NCBI GenBank assembly: GCA_021613535.1
Contig: CP075495.1
Coordinates: forward strand, 10,912,001-10,976,000
Direction of reading: 5' to 3'
Origin: Adineta vaga
Lineage: Eukaryota > Animalia > Rotifera
DNA length: 64,000 nt
In this document: positions 12,271 to 25,266 of the stretch, in pieces
How positions within the stretch are numbered: position 1 is the stretch's first letter
Layout of the letters: every line of letters starts with the position of its first letter
Notes under the pieces: model-generated
Told to the model about the DNA's origin: nothing
The model's input: only the letters and a program-made list of their open reading frames with translations
The model's database searches: none
Position numbers and translations under genes: made by a program

Positions 12271-13907
12271 TCTAACTATGTGCACACAACAACAAAAAAA
12301 GAAAAACTACGACAGCTGACGTTTGAGACTGTCATTTGGAGAAAGTAATGGTCTTTAGCGTACGTTTGTTAACGTCTACAATGATGTGCGTGTATATATG
12401 ATGAAATCAATGCATTCTTTTATTGTATGTATGTGTATGTGTGTCTTTGTTTGACTCTTCACACATGTTGTTGATCGATCCATTCGTCGATAAAAGCAAT
12501 AGAATAGACTTTCAAACATGTCAAAATTGATTTTTAATGGATATGTGCCATTTTGTCTTTTGTCAACAAAAGTTTTCTATCAATACAAATTGTTTTCTTC
12601 TATTCCATTTCTCATTCATTTTTTTTTTTGTTAGAAAGAGAACATTTTGAAATGACAGTTATATATTACATATTGTCTATACCATTAAACATGATCGATG
12701 CAGAAAAGAAATTGGCTCCTCTCATGGTCAAAACTGCTTTTATTCGATGATTTTAAAGTACTTCAAATTTATAAAACATCTGTTTATAAAAGATTTCAAG
12801 TATCTATTATTCACTTCTATATATCGGTCTTGTTGGCTGTGAAGAGTACAACCTTAATGAATTATTAGATTCTCTTCGACAAAAAAAGATTTTGTTTTCT
12901 GTGTGTCTAGTTTTTAATCGCCCTTTTTTTCCACATATATAAGCAAAAATAGAATCATCAAGAACGACAAGTTACACACAAGAAGAGAGTGCGAGAGAAA
13001 GAAACAAAAGAATGAACATGATATATCATACATCAACGTGAAAAAAACCGAGCGAAAGACACACAGAAAAAAAAAAAGATAATCATAGTTTTAGAAAAAG
13101 AGAAAAATATATAGATTTCAAAGATAGTCTTGTGTTAAAGAAGGATCATCACCAGGCATAGAGTACGTAGAAAGGAACGATACTATTTAAGAAGAAACAA
13201 CACTAGTCGTCATGAAGTACACACACACACACACGAATATATAGAAAAAGAAACTGTCAAGGCTTTTTTCCAAGAGAAAATACCGCATCAAAAGTGGTAT
13301 TGCGTCTGCTTTCAATAAAGGAATGTCAAGAGTTCAACAAACAAAAAAAAATTGACACTGATCTTTGTGATGTATATAGATATATAAAAATAATTAAGGC
13401 AAAGAGAAAAAAAACGGTCGTAATAATAGTAATGATGTTCTAATAAACAAACAAAAATGATGAAACAAACAAACGAACAGAGAACAAGAACAATAAACGT
13501 AATCAGATTTTTTTTGTTTGAAAAACTTTATGTAATTTTTTTGGCGAGAGAGAGAGAGGGAAAAGAGGATTTCTTTCATTGGATTTTATAAGTTTTTTTT
13601 TCGAACTTTTATGATAAAGAAATTTCTTTGAGAAAAATCATTATCATGTTTTCTATCTTAATAACAACGAAAAAAAAACTAACTATGTCTTTTTTTTTCG
13701 ATTTTTGTTTCGTTATACATATATTTATATATATATATATATCAGAAGATTTGATTGAATAGAACAGGTAGGATGTATTTATCTTGAGTATTTCACAAAA
13801 GGAAGAAGAAGAAGATGAAAACAAATAAAGACGAAGATTAGATTCTCTTTTGAAACAAAATACTTGGGCTGATATTTGCAGAATGAAAGAAAATATGTTA
13901 CTTGTAT

Positions 13908-16702
13908 TCACGATGGATGTCGTCGTTGATATTGACTTGAATAAGTACGAACTCCTTGATGATATGATGTCGAATTATTCGTTGATTGTCGTTGATTATT
14001 ATTATGTCGATAATGTTGATTATAGTGTCGTTGATTATTTGTATTATGACGGAAATTTTTGTAGGAAATCGATGAAGAACTCGATGGTGATGACTGAAAT
14101 AATATATATTCAAATTAATTATTAACGTTTATCAAAAAACAAAAACAAAAAGTATCGAAGGAGTTGGATAGAATATTGAATAGGATGGAAGTTGCCGGAA
14201 AGAAATTATCTGATTTGAATAGAATTAGATTGATTATGAAAGTCAAAATTTTGATATTTTCAATTTATAATTTGTTTAGAAAGTTAACCATTAAATGTAC
14301 GTACTGATCGACTGGAATTTGATGATGAACTGGAACAATGCTGAATATGATGTTGGTGATGTTGGTGATGATGGTGATAGTTATGATGATAATTGTGATT
14401 TTGATACGAATGATATTGCTGTTGATGTTGATGATCTCCAATGAATAAATATTCATATTTATAATGATAAAACTGTTTAAGTTGTTCGATCATCATTAAA
14501 GTTGCTTCCTTATCATGATGTGTCAAACACACTGTACTTTGTTGAATAACTGTTGATAAATTATCAAAAAATAATAAACAAAGCCGAACATTATTTACAG
14601 TATTTTGATCATCAGATGATGTCGAATTTGGATGTTGTGTAGATGAATTCATTGACTGTTCATTATTCGTTACTGGTAGTAATAAAATATGTGTTGAAAC
14701 ATATAATGTAATAACATGAACTTGCTCATGTATACTTTTATAATCAATAAAAAATCTTGAACACATATACAATTGCATGCGAAACATATCTGTTTGATCA
14801 TAAACTGTATAGTTTTGTGCTAATAAATAACAATATTTCTATTCAACAAAAAACACAATTATTAAGTTTCTTTGTTTATAGAAAAAGAAAAGAATTTTAC
14901 CAATAAACCTCCACCGCGCATGGTTTCTGGTGCAAAAGTTGCAATTAATTTTTTACATAAATGATCGAGTGCTTGTTGTAAATCAGTATAGACTGAATAG
15001 ACTTCAATAAGTGCTGGAGAAGAAGATGGAATATCAATGGCAATAATAGTTGCTGGACTTGCGGGTGCACTAGTAGGATCAACTGGTGTACCAAAGACTT
15101 GATCGTCATCTTCATTAACTGAATCATCAGCATCAGAAACAATTCCATCATCAATATCATCATTTACTGAAAGTGAAACTGAAGTGTAGAATCACTTGGC
15201 TCATCATTTAATGTTGATACGGATGCTTTTGAAAGACGTGAACGAGATTCACGAATAGCTAAAAGAAAAATAAGATTCTATATATTCAAGTTAAATTTTA
15301 ATTAAAATAGTATCCAGCACCATCCACGTATTCTTCTATATTCTATAGTATATATTTGGATACTCTCTTCTTGTTTATTTCAAATATGTCATTTGAAAAC
15401 ACGAAACAATGAAAAGGCAATGATCCTTTCTTTCTAGATTACAGTCATTCGAGGAAAGAGAACGTCTACAATGCATATCATTTATAAATATCAAACAATG
15501 ATTGATAGCACATAAGACACGATATGTATCGATTGTACTTGATTTACAAACTTAAAATATATCGAATGCTAAATAACGAAAAAAACTTCGAACTTTAGTT
15601 GATTAATATGATAACGTGATAAGTATCAATATGTACACAGGTTTTCCTCGACTCAAACTATTCTCTTGAAGATTCGAACTTGTCTATCATAAATTAATCA
15701 CTTACAGTTATTATTGTGATTATTCAACGTAGCAATCGTAGTAATTGTTGCAAGTGTTTGAAATTCTCGATTATTTTCATGTTCAAGTGTATTAGGTGAT
15801 GATGATGGTGTAAAAAATCCGAAATGTAATGGACTTGTACTTGTCGATTGAAGATTAGAATTTTCAGTATTTCGTTTTATTTCACAGTTATCTTCTTGAT
15901 CATCACGTTCTTTTTTAATTATTGTTAAACCATTGATTGCACCAATCACTAAACTTTTCGTTTTAATTGTTTTTGTTATTGATGATATAGATGGACATTT
16001 ATAACCATGTGATAAATGCCGATTTAATTGATTATTATCCTGTTTGTCATATAATAACGGTTCAAGATTAATTTGAAATGAATCAACACTAAATTGCCAT
16101 TGACGTTTCAAATGTTCAACAAATTTCAGTTCAAGATTTTGTCCACAATGATTTTGTAAAGATAATAATGCCCAAGAATCTTGTTCCGATGAAATTTTGA
16201 TATTTTTATTTGTATATGTATCGAGAACAGTGGATAAATAATGATGGGTATATTGCTGTTCAGATGACATCGTATTTGTAATATGTTCAATTAAACATGA
16301 ACAAATAATATATTTGATAATTGTCCACACATTACATGAATATGGTTGATTATTTGAAGAAAATAATGTTGTTTTCTGTTCCGAAGATAGAGACGTATTT
16401 ATATGAATAATAATATCAACATCACGATATGAAAAATTTGAATCATTTACAAGAACATAAGATGCAGCCCCGCCATTTAAACGTATATATGTAATATCAA
16501 TTGAATGTTCTTTTAATTTCCATAAGATTTGTCGAAGGAAATGTCGTGGTGTTAAATTTAATGTTGGAAATGTTGATGGTAATGATGAACAAATTGGAAT
16601 TGAACGATCTAAGACATGTTTTAATTTTTCAATTTGTTCACAAGTTAAATAAACTTTCGAAGAATTATTATTGGAATTTAAAGAAATATTTGATACATGC
16701 AT
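13908..16702 (-). CDS. TENT5: Terminal nucleotidyltransferase 5 (FAM46), non-canonical poly(A) polymerase
   Basis: [55 protein letters not shown]|[12 protein letters not shown]; catalytic DxD and E retained; 3' exons low-complexity and approximate. Confidence 0.9.
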
Positions 16703-17033
16703 AGTTAGTTTTCTTTTCGTCGATGGCTTTTGTCTTTAATTTCTAAAAGAAAAAGGCAAAATATATCTAGGTAAATAAATGGGATGAGATGATTTTAATC
16801 ATTTTTTAAATATAGTTCTTTATATGTATATGTATATCTAACTGTACAAAATGAATGATAATGCTGACGAATGTAATAAAGAATAGTAAGAAGAAAACGA
16901 GAAAAGGAGAAGGTTTGTCTTTCAGTCACGCGCGTGTTCTGCCCATTTTTCTCTCCCTTATACATTCGTTATTTTATTTATAGACGAAGAAAGAAAAGAA
17001 CGAAGAAAGGCAAAAAATAGAAAGAAAAGTAAA

Positions 17034-17070
17034 AATAATAATAATAATAATAATAACATCAACAACAACA
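17034..17070. repeat. (AAT)n/(AAC)n microsatellite
   Basis: aataataataataataataataacatcaacaacaaca. Confidence 0.8.
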
Positions 17071-17534
17071 ATAATTAAAGAAACTAAAGAATTTCGATGA
17101 AATTTTTCTATTAAATTAAAAGAATAGAATAGAAAAAGTATGATAAGATTTATATCAAGATGAAATAGAACAAAGTGACATCTGAAAATTTTCGAAAATT
17201 GACATAGCGCGACCTCCTATAGTCCTTATTTGATTTTCGAGATTCTATAATATCGTTCACAATAGATGATCTGAGAGAAACAAACAAAATAAGCTTTCAA
17301 ATTTTCTGTTTTCCTAGGATTTATTTCAATACAAATTATAGAATCATGTGTATGCGTTTTTTTTCTTTCTGTTTACCTTTACCTAAAAATAACTAGTACT
17401 ACATATTTTTACTAAAGATAACAATGAAAGATATTTCTTTTCATATACTTCATTCTATGATTTATATTTAAAACGAAAAAAAAGATTCTTCTACAGGATA
17501 ATTTTAAGCTAGTTATCAATAAATGATGAAAATA

Positions 17535-18080
17535 TTAATCATCTCGTGTTAAACGTATAATTAAATCTTTAAAATTCGGAAATTTTTTAATCAGTTCAGA
17601 TCTTTTAGCTAAATCATAATCATGATAATCGAATCCTGGTGTACAAGTACAACCACATAATGTATAATCATCTTTTTGATTGTTAACATTTGTTGAAAGA
17701 ATTTCTGCAGCAAACCATACGCCATGTGAAATAAGAATTTGTGGACGAGCTTCAATATTTTCATTTAAATCATTACTAAGAATATATTTAATATGAGAAG
17801 ATTTCTCTTCATCCAAGACATGAATAATTAATGGTAGACCTCGGTAAAAATGCCACATTTCGTCGGCTTTTATACGATGAAAATGGCTTATTGGTGAATC
17901 TATTACATTTAATAAATAATAAATGGCTGTTGAACATGATCTTGATTGTTTATCAAAACGTTCGAGTTGACATTCGTCATCACTTCGATATGTTTCGGCA
18001 TAAAAACCACCTTCTGGATGTGGTTTTAGATTTAATATTTTCATCCAATCATTTGTTTGTTGTTGAGTAGATTCATCCAT
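17535..18080 (-). CDS. Cupin_5 / DUF985 family protein (YML079W/Cff1-like), intronless
   Basis: LKPHPEGGFYAETYRS, STAIYYLL, SHFHRIKADEMWHFYRG, PQILISHGVWFAA, TLCGCTCTPGFDYHDY; likely start MDESTQ at 18080. Confidence 0.9.
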   Translation of the reverse strand: MDESTQQQTNDWMKILNLKPHPEGGFYAETYRSDDECQLERFDKQSRSCSTAIYYLLNVIDSPISHFHRIKADEMWHFYRGLPLIIHVLDEEKSSHIKYILSNDLNENIEARPQILISHGVWFAAEILSTNVNNQKDDYTLCGCTCTPGFDYHDYDLAKRSELIKKFPNFKDLIIRLTRDD

Positions 18081-20093
18081 CGTGATCAGCAATATAACTG
18101 GATGTAAATAAAGGTAAATAGCAAATACAAATAATAATAACTGCGTAATAAATCTATGTGATAGCCTTTTATTTCTGAATAGGCAAGAGACGAGAAGAGA
18201 AGAGAAGAGAAAAAAAATGAAAGAATGCTTCATTTTATTTTACGATTTCGAGAAAAAAATAAATTACATCGGATATAATCTTGAATTTTTACGAAATGAA
18301 ACAAATGAAAGTAAATTTTTCTTACCTAAATTGAAAAAACTTCACTAATCATTGACCGTAATGGTAATTTCTAGCAGTAAAATAGAATGATAAACGATAC
18401 TTATTATTATGACGATGAAATGAGAGAGTATAAATTAAGAATAGAACGTCTTTGCAAGTAAAAAAGAAAGCCCAAGAATGAGAAAATGAAGAGCATGAGA
18501 GAAAAAAACAGAGATACAAATATAGAAAAAAAATGAGAGGGAAGTACGTGTTAGTACTTCAGTTGCTGTGCGTTTGCATGCATCTATTGTTACTGAATGA
18601 AGTTAGAATAGGAAAAAAACAACGACTAAAAGAAGAAGATTTGTGCTAATAGTGACATGTGCGTGTTTAAAAAAGAAAACTCGAAAAAACAACCAGTGAT
18701 GAGAATGTCTAATAGCAGAAAAAACAAGAAGAATAAAATAAGACATTGAATATCGGATCAGACAAGATAGAAGAATAGAATCGATTAAGAAATACTTTGT
18801 TTTTCTTCTTTGACACCGTATAAAAAAAATTCATTTCTTTTCATATTAACAAATCATTTGCCGTAGAGTAATCTTATTATATTGAATAAATAATAAGAAG
18901 ATTCTTTATCATAATAATCTACATATCATTGTGACCTAAATTTTCAGAATCTTCTTATATAATATAAATCGATTGTGTGCAATATTTCTATCAAATTATT
19001 TCTATTTATAAACATGTAAAATGATCCGTTTTTCATTGACAGGCATATCTTTATCAACATTTTCTATTCATATAGATTACAGGCTATACATATATAGAAA
19101 TTAGTTCCATTTTGATTTTCTCGTTCGATTCATATAAATTAGCAAATGGAAAGAAAAACGTTTGCTTGTATTGATTCAATGAATCGATGTATTTCAACAT
19201 GAAACATGATCATATAAGTTACATGTCAACCTTCGATGAAGATTAAAGTAAAGCTGATACCTTTGAGAGTCTTTTCTTTTCTATATACTCTTTAGTTCAA
19301 TCTGATTATCATATTTAAAGAGAAAAACTTTCTTCTGGATTAAATGTTTTAAATTCAATGAACGAAATGTCAAAATTTGAACAAATTAATCCTCGATTGA
19401 ATGAAATGGAAATTGTATCTTCATTCTTCAATATAATCCATCTATATATACATACATATCAAAAGAAACATACGGGTCATTATATAGCTAAGCTGTTCGT
19501 TCAAATTCTTTGAATAATAACATCTACACATATATGTACACATATATAGGTAGATAAAAACACAAAGCAAAGATCAGCAATAGTGCGAAAAGGTGAACAA
19601 TCGTGTCATCGGATGGATATGTCAACTAGGAAGAAAAGAAATTGAACGGGAAGGTAGTAGTGAGTGGGGATTAACTAGTAAGGATATTGCCTCCCAACGA
19701 ACACACGTACGAGAAAGGAAAAAAGAAAGAAAAACGTCGCCGCCCTGAGTTTACTTACCTCATTGCATAAGATCCTCTTCCTTTATTTTCTTCATACTCA
19801 ACATAGTTTTATCCTCGTAAATACAATTAAATAACATTCGGTTTTTTTTTCTTTCGTTTTCTTATTCATTCTACAGAATTTCAATTAAGTAACAACTCTA
19901 CTGATCGATAGCGAAGAAGTATTTCAATTATTGACAAATAGCATAGAGCGTGAAAGAGAAAGAGTGAGTGGGAAAAAAAACAATAAAGAATTTAAGAAGA
20001 GATCAACATAGTTTTGTGTGATTGAATAATCGCACATTGATTTTTATCCTATTAACCAGTTGTGGCCCATGGCAGCATCATCTGTGAGAGGAC

Positions 20094-22324
20094 ATGCGTT
20101 TCGTCGTGTCGTCCGATTGTCTTCTTTTTCTTCTTATCTGTTGTTTATTACAACAATTACATGTTTGTTTAATACTTGTTAATAATAATAATAATAATTA
20201 TAATTATAATATTACAAATAATAATCGTTTATTCTATGCAAAAGTAACTCATCTTATTATTTTCTAGTTCGATATTTTGTCTCTATTAAATTTTATTTAG
20301 GAATTTTTACTTCGTTTTGGTTATATAAAAACAAATGATACCTCTTTATATATATCACCATCGGCTGTACGATCCTTTCAACGTTTTGTTGGTTTGAATC
20401 GAACAGGTCTTATCGATGAATTAACTTGGCAAAAGATGCGTGAACCTCGTTGTGGTAATAAAGATCTTCGACGTATTCAAAGAAGAAAACGCTATATTCT
20501 TCAAGGTAAACAAAGAAACCTATCATTGCTCTATCTAATTGAATTTCTTCAGGAAGCCGTTGGCCAGCTAATGAACCATTAACATTTCGTATTGTAAAAT
20601 ATCCTACAACCTTTCCACAACAATTTGTTGATACTGAATTAACAAAAGCTCTAAAACTATGGAGTAGTTCTTCAAGTCTGGAATTTGAACACCGAAAAAT
20701 AAAAAAACCAAATGAATTTAATATGAATCATCTTGATCGAAAAACAGATATTCGAATATCATTTGAAATTGGTGATCATGGTGATACAGAACCATTCGAT
20801 GGACCAGGTAATGTACTTGGCCATGCTTTCTTTCCTCAATACGGTGGTGATGCTCATTTCGATAATGATGAATATTGGACAACAAAAAGTAAATTTATGA
20901 CTCATATAATATCTATCATGATTGCAAGGAATGTTTACATAGGTACGGAAGGTGTAAATCTTTTTCAAGTTGCAGCACATGAATTTGGACATTCATTAGG
21001 ATTAGAACATTCAAATAAACCTGAAGCAATTATGGCTCCATGTATGTATATCATTAATATTTACTATTTGTAAGAACAAAAGTTGGAGAATTTCTTTTTG
21101 TTTCAAAGTTTTCAAAGGTTATACACAGAATTTTTCATTACAAGAAGATGACATTCGAGCTATTCAAGCATTATATGGTATGTGATTACAGAAACGAATA
21201 TGAAATAGAACTGTAAATTATGTAGGAGGAAAACCATCGAAATCATTTTCGTCACCTTTATCTAACAATATCGAAACTTTTCAAGCCGTTGCAAAACAAA
21301 TGGCTCCATCTGTAAAATCATCAACTAAAATTTCACCTCTATGTCTTGATCCCAAATTTGATGCGATTATTATCATTGATGATGACACATATATCTTAAA
21401 AGGTCTACATATTTTGTTTTAAATGAATCGTATTCAAAACAAATTTCTTTTCTGTCATAGATGATTTAGTCTATCGTCGTTCGAAACTTTCAATGGATCA
21501 TGATTATCCTAAACCAATTCGTGATGTATTTGGTCGTTGGGAAGGTGGAATATGGCAAACATTACCAGATCATATTGATACGGCATTAATATGGCCTAAT
21601 CAACAAATTTTCTTCTTCAAAGTAAATCTTATCTATTTAATTTTAATACGAAAATCTTTTCTTTTTTTCAGGGAAAACATTATTGGAAAACAATTCGTTT
21701 TCAATTACAAGCGGGTTATCCACGTTTAATTAGTGATGGTTTTCGTGGTCTTGATGAACAACATTTTTTTACAGGCCATCTTGATGCAGCATTCGTTTAT
21801 AGTGGTGATAATCACACTTATTTCATCAAAGATGCTATGGTATGGCGTTTGAATATGAACATAGAATATGTCAGTTCAATTGAAATGGATTATCCTCAAT
21901 TTGTTTCGCGTTGGTTACGTATTGGAGAGAAAATAACGGGTGCATTACAATGGATTAACGGTCGAACTTATTTCTTTTCGTATCAAAACTATTATCGATA
22001 TGATCATATCAATCATCAGGTAGAAACAGATTTGATATTCATTTTGAATTTCATCTTTTTATTTCAACAAAGATTGAAGATTCCTATCCGATGTATCCAC
22101 GTCCAATATCTGAATGGTGGCTTCAATGTGAACAAGCACTAGTGGCTACAACGTCAACAGATCATCCATATCTTTCACGATGGAAACGATCAGCAATTAT
22201 ATATGAATCCAATTTAACGAATATAAATGGTATCAATTGGAATAATGGACGAAAAAAAAGCGAAGAAAATTTCTTTCTGATTAACATTCTAATATTTATC
22301 ATTATCATCACATATTATCTGTGA
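20094..22324 (+). CDS. Membrane-anchored (GPI/TM) matrix metalloproteinase with hemopexin domain
   Basis: Signal-like MRFVVSSDCLLFLLICCLL, FLLRFGY, cysteine switch PRCG, furin site RRKR, HEFGHSLGLEH, Met-turn AIMAP, hemopexin repeats, C-terminal hydrophobic tail; ~9 exons. Confidence 0.93.
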
Positions 22325-23226
22325 TAAATAACCATATCTAGAAATTTTATTTTTTGCGTGTAATTAGATTCGTCTATTAAATAGCATTGATAACGAAAAA
22401 TAGATTTATTTATGTTGCTGTTGATGAAAATAGACTTGTTGTGTCTTCTTCTTCTTCTTCTTCTTGTTAGAATATCATGCGTTGTCGTCGTCGTCGTCTT
22501 TTCCCCCCTGTTATGTAAGCAATGAGCTGTGACGCAATTCTTTTTTGTCTGCATAGAAAAAGAAAATTTAAATTTGTTAATAAGCATTCAAATATACATA
22601 AAAACCTTATCATTATACGTGGAAGACAAACTACACATACTCTTGTTTTGTTTATAAATCAAGTAGAGGACAGAAAGGTGTTTTTCTAATTATTGAAGAC
22701 AACACCAAGGCTAGCTGTGATGTCACAATCACAATACATAAACACAGATAAATTATAATTCGTTTTATTGTTTTAATCTTATTTTACGTCGTAAAAAAAA
22801 TTGTTTTTTTATTTTGTTTTCTTTTGTTTCTTGTCGAGATTAGAAATCTGTTAATTTGATAAGAGGATTTTCTTTCTAAGTTACGGTTGAATAAATGTTA
22901 GGTTAACTTTTCTTTGTTAACGACGAATACTTCAGGTGAAGGATAGAAATGAGCCTTTAATAAATAAGAAAAAAAGGGCAAGGTAAGGTTTTATCGGTGT
23001 GAATACATACGATGAAGAGATATTCATCAATTAACAGTATATAGTGAATGATATTAACAACCTTGAAAAGAAAAAAAAAGGACTATTATCATCGGTTTCT
23101 TTTTCTCTCGTCGAGCATATTCGATTATCTAATGGAGTATAAAAAGCGATGTTTACCATGAGAAAGACACAATTTTTCTGAAGCTGCTTGGTTTCGAGGT
23201 TTTTTGTTTGTTTCTAAAGTTTCACC

Positions 23227-24009
23227 ATGGTTGCTATCGAACGTAAAAAATCTGCATATCCATCAGTTCATCTTCAAGAAATGCTGAAACTTGCTCAGAA
23301 ACCAGCACCATTAGCAACACCTACACAATATACTAGTACAATAGTGAATGATCCTGTTGCAACTGTTATGAATGGTGATTTTTCTCAACGAATTTTACCA
23401 TCACAATTTGGTCTTGCTGATGATCCATCATTACAATTCAAAACACCTGGTGGTGGTTTCGTTCAAGTTTTTGGTCCATTGAAAACATCAGACAATGATA
23501 GATTCTTTCATGATCCTAATCCAGTAATCATTCAAAAGAAATCTCAACCAATAACATATATACAAAAGATTAATTTAGCATATTATAAACCACCAGCACC
23601 ACCAGCTCCTGGTCCAGTGATTATTAAAGAGGTTGATATCTATTCACAAATTCCTTAGATTTATCTGCTCTGAAATGAACATTTTTTCAGGTTCGTCCAC
23701 CTCCTGCACCGATTCCACCACCACTTTTCGTTCGCATTCAACCGCCACCACCGCAAGAACAGGCACCAATCATTATACGTGAAGCTCCACCACCACCACC
23801 GAAACGTATTCCAGTAAATATTTCTATATAATCTTCTTTATCTAAACGTTAAGTGTATAATTTTCTTTCAGACAACTTTAGTCACGAAAGTCTTACCACA
23901 AACACCAGCTCCACCACCGAATGTTCAAATACGTAATGCACCTGATCAAGCAACCGTACAAAGAACATTACACAGTTTGGGTTTAACATCGTACCAAACA
24001 CAAAAATAA
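23227..24009 (+). CDS. Proline-rich protein, DPNP...ITYxQ...PPAPPAPGPVIIKE family; 3 exons
   Basis: ORF 23227-23658 spliced to 23691-23813 and 23871-24009 (VRPPPAPIPPPLFVRIQPPPPQEQAPIIIREAPPPPP). Confidence 0.8.
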
Positions 24010-25266
24010 CGCAAATATCTTACAATTAGAAACTCTTCTCTTTATTTTTAATATAACAAGTGTATGATCCGTGTAGATGTTTATTTTCTTTTCTATTTTT
24101 ATATGTATGCTCTCTTGAAATTTCTTTCACGGTGGCTTGTGCGAGTATGTATTCAATCCATATCCTCTTGTTCTATCAATTTCTTTTTCTATATACATCT
24201 ACTCCTCTCGTTATGTCATCAAAGTATGAACACATTTCATTTTCTTTGTTTTTGTATGTTTTCATATCTTGTGTTGTTCATTAGGTCAATTTGAGGATAT
24301 CTTTTTTATCGTGGATCATAGATGATTGATGCGATTAAAACAAATGAACGATATGAACCGTGATGTACATGTGACAGCATCAATGTTTAGGAAAAAATAA
24401 ATTAAAGATTAAATATATATATATGCGTTTCACTCTTATCGATAATTTCAATATTAACATGACATAAAATAAACAGAGAGATATACATACAGAAAATATT
24501 TGATGCATTTAAGTTTATAGGTATATAAGTGATTGTACCTGTAGTAGCTACGTAGTATTTCATATGATAACAATAAATAATGATTGATGTTATTGACGAT
24601 TTGTGTAGGTGATATATTGTCAATGACGATATATTTGGGCTTAAGAATATAACGTGAAAAAAACTGTTGTCGAGAAATGATTCAAGTAGTAGCTGTCATG
24701 AGAATATGAATTTTATAATTAGATATACATTTTCGAAAGTAGTAAATTTTCGATTTTATTATACGAAACATCATCATTCGATCAGATCAATTGGAAAAAT
24801 AACTTCGTACTTGTCTAACTTTATCATATTCTGTTGTTCGATCAACAAAAAGTTATTCTCTAAGACGAAGACTCAACGATTAAAACAAGCCACGACGATT
24901 AGATTGTAGAATTTCGTGTTGATTAATTTTATAGCAATGATCGGAATGAATATTTTCGAGAGCTCACAAATGTATATATATATAAGAAAAAAAATTGATT
25001 TTCTATCACGAATATTTCGATTGAAAAAAGATGCCGCTATAGATCAATGCTTTGATTTCATATGAATGGTACATTTATCAGTAAATAAGTTCGAAGGTAG
25101 TCAAAAACATATACACATGATGATAAGAGAAAGGCGTGAGAATACCTTGATATTTCATTATAAACAGTCAATAATTAAATATTCGAATAGAAACTTCCTT
25201 CTACATCTTTCATGAATAGTAATGTCGTTTGTATGTATATTTTCTAGATCATTATTCTTCTAAAAG

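Noticed and set aside
12553-14125. ORFs 12553-12750, 13394-13579, 13609-13911, 13850-14125
   Set aside because: Lie in UTR/low-complexity sequence or antisense to TENT5; no coding signature
18081-18233. Hydrophobic N-terminal extension on the DUF985 ORF
   Set aside because: Probably translated T-rich 5' flank; the family starts near MDESTQ
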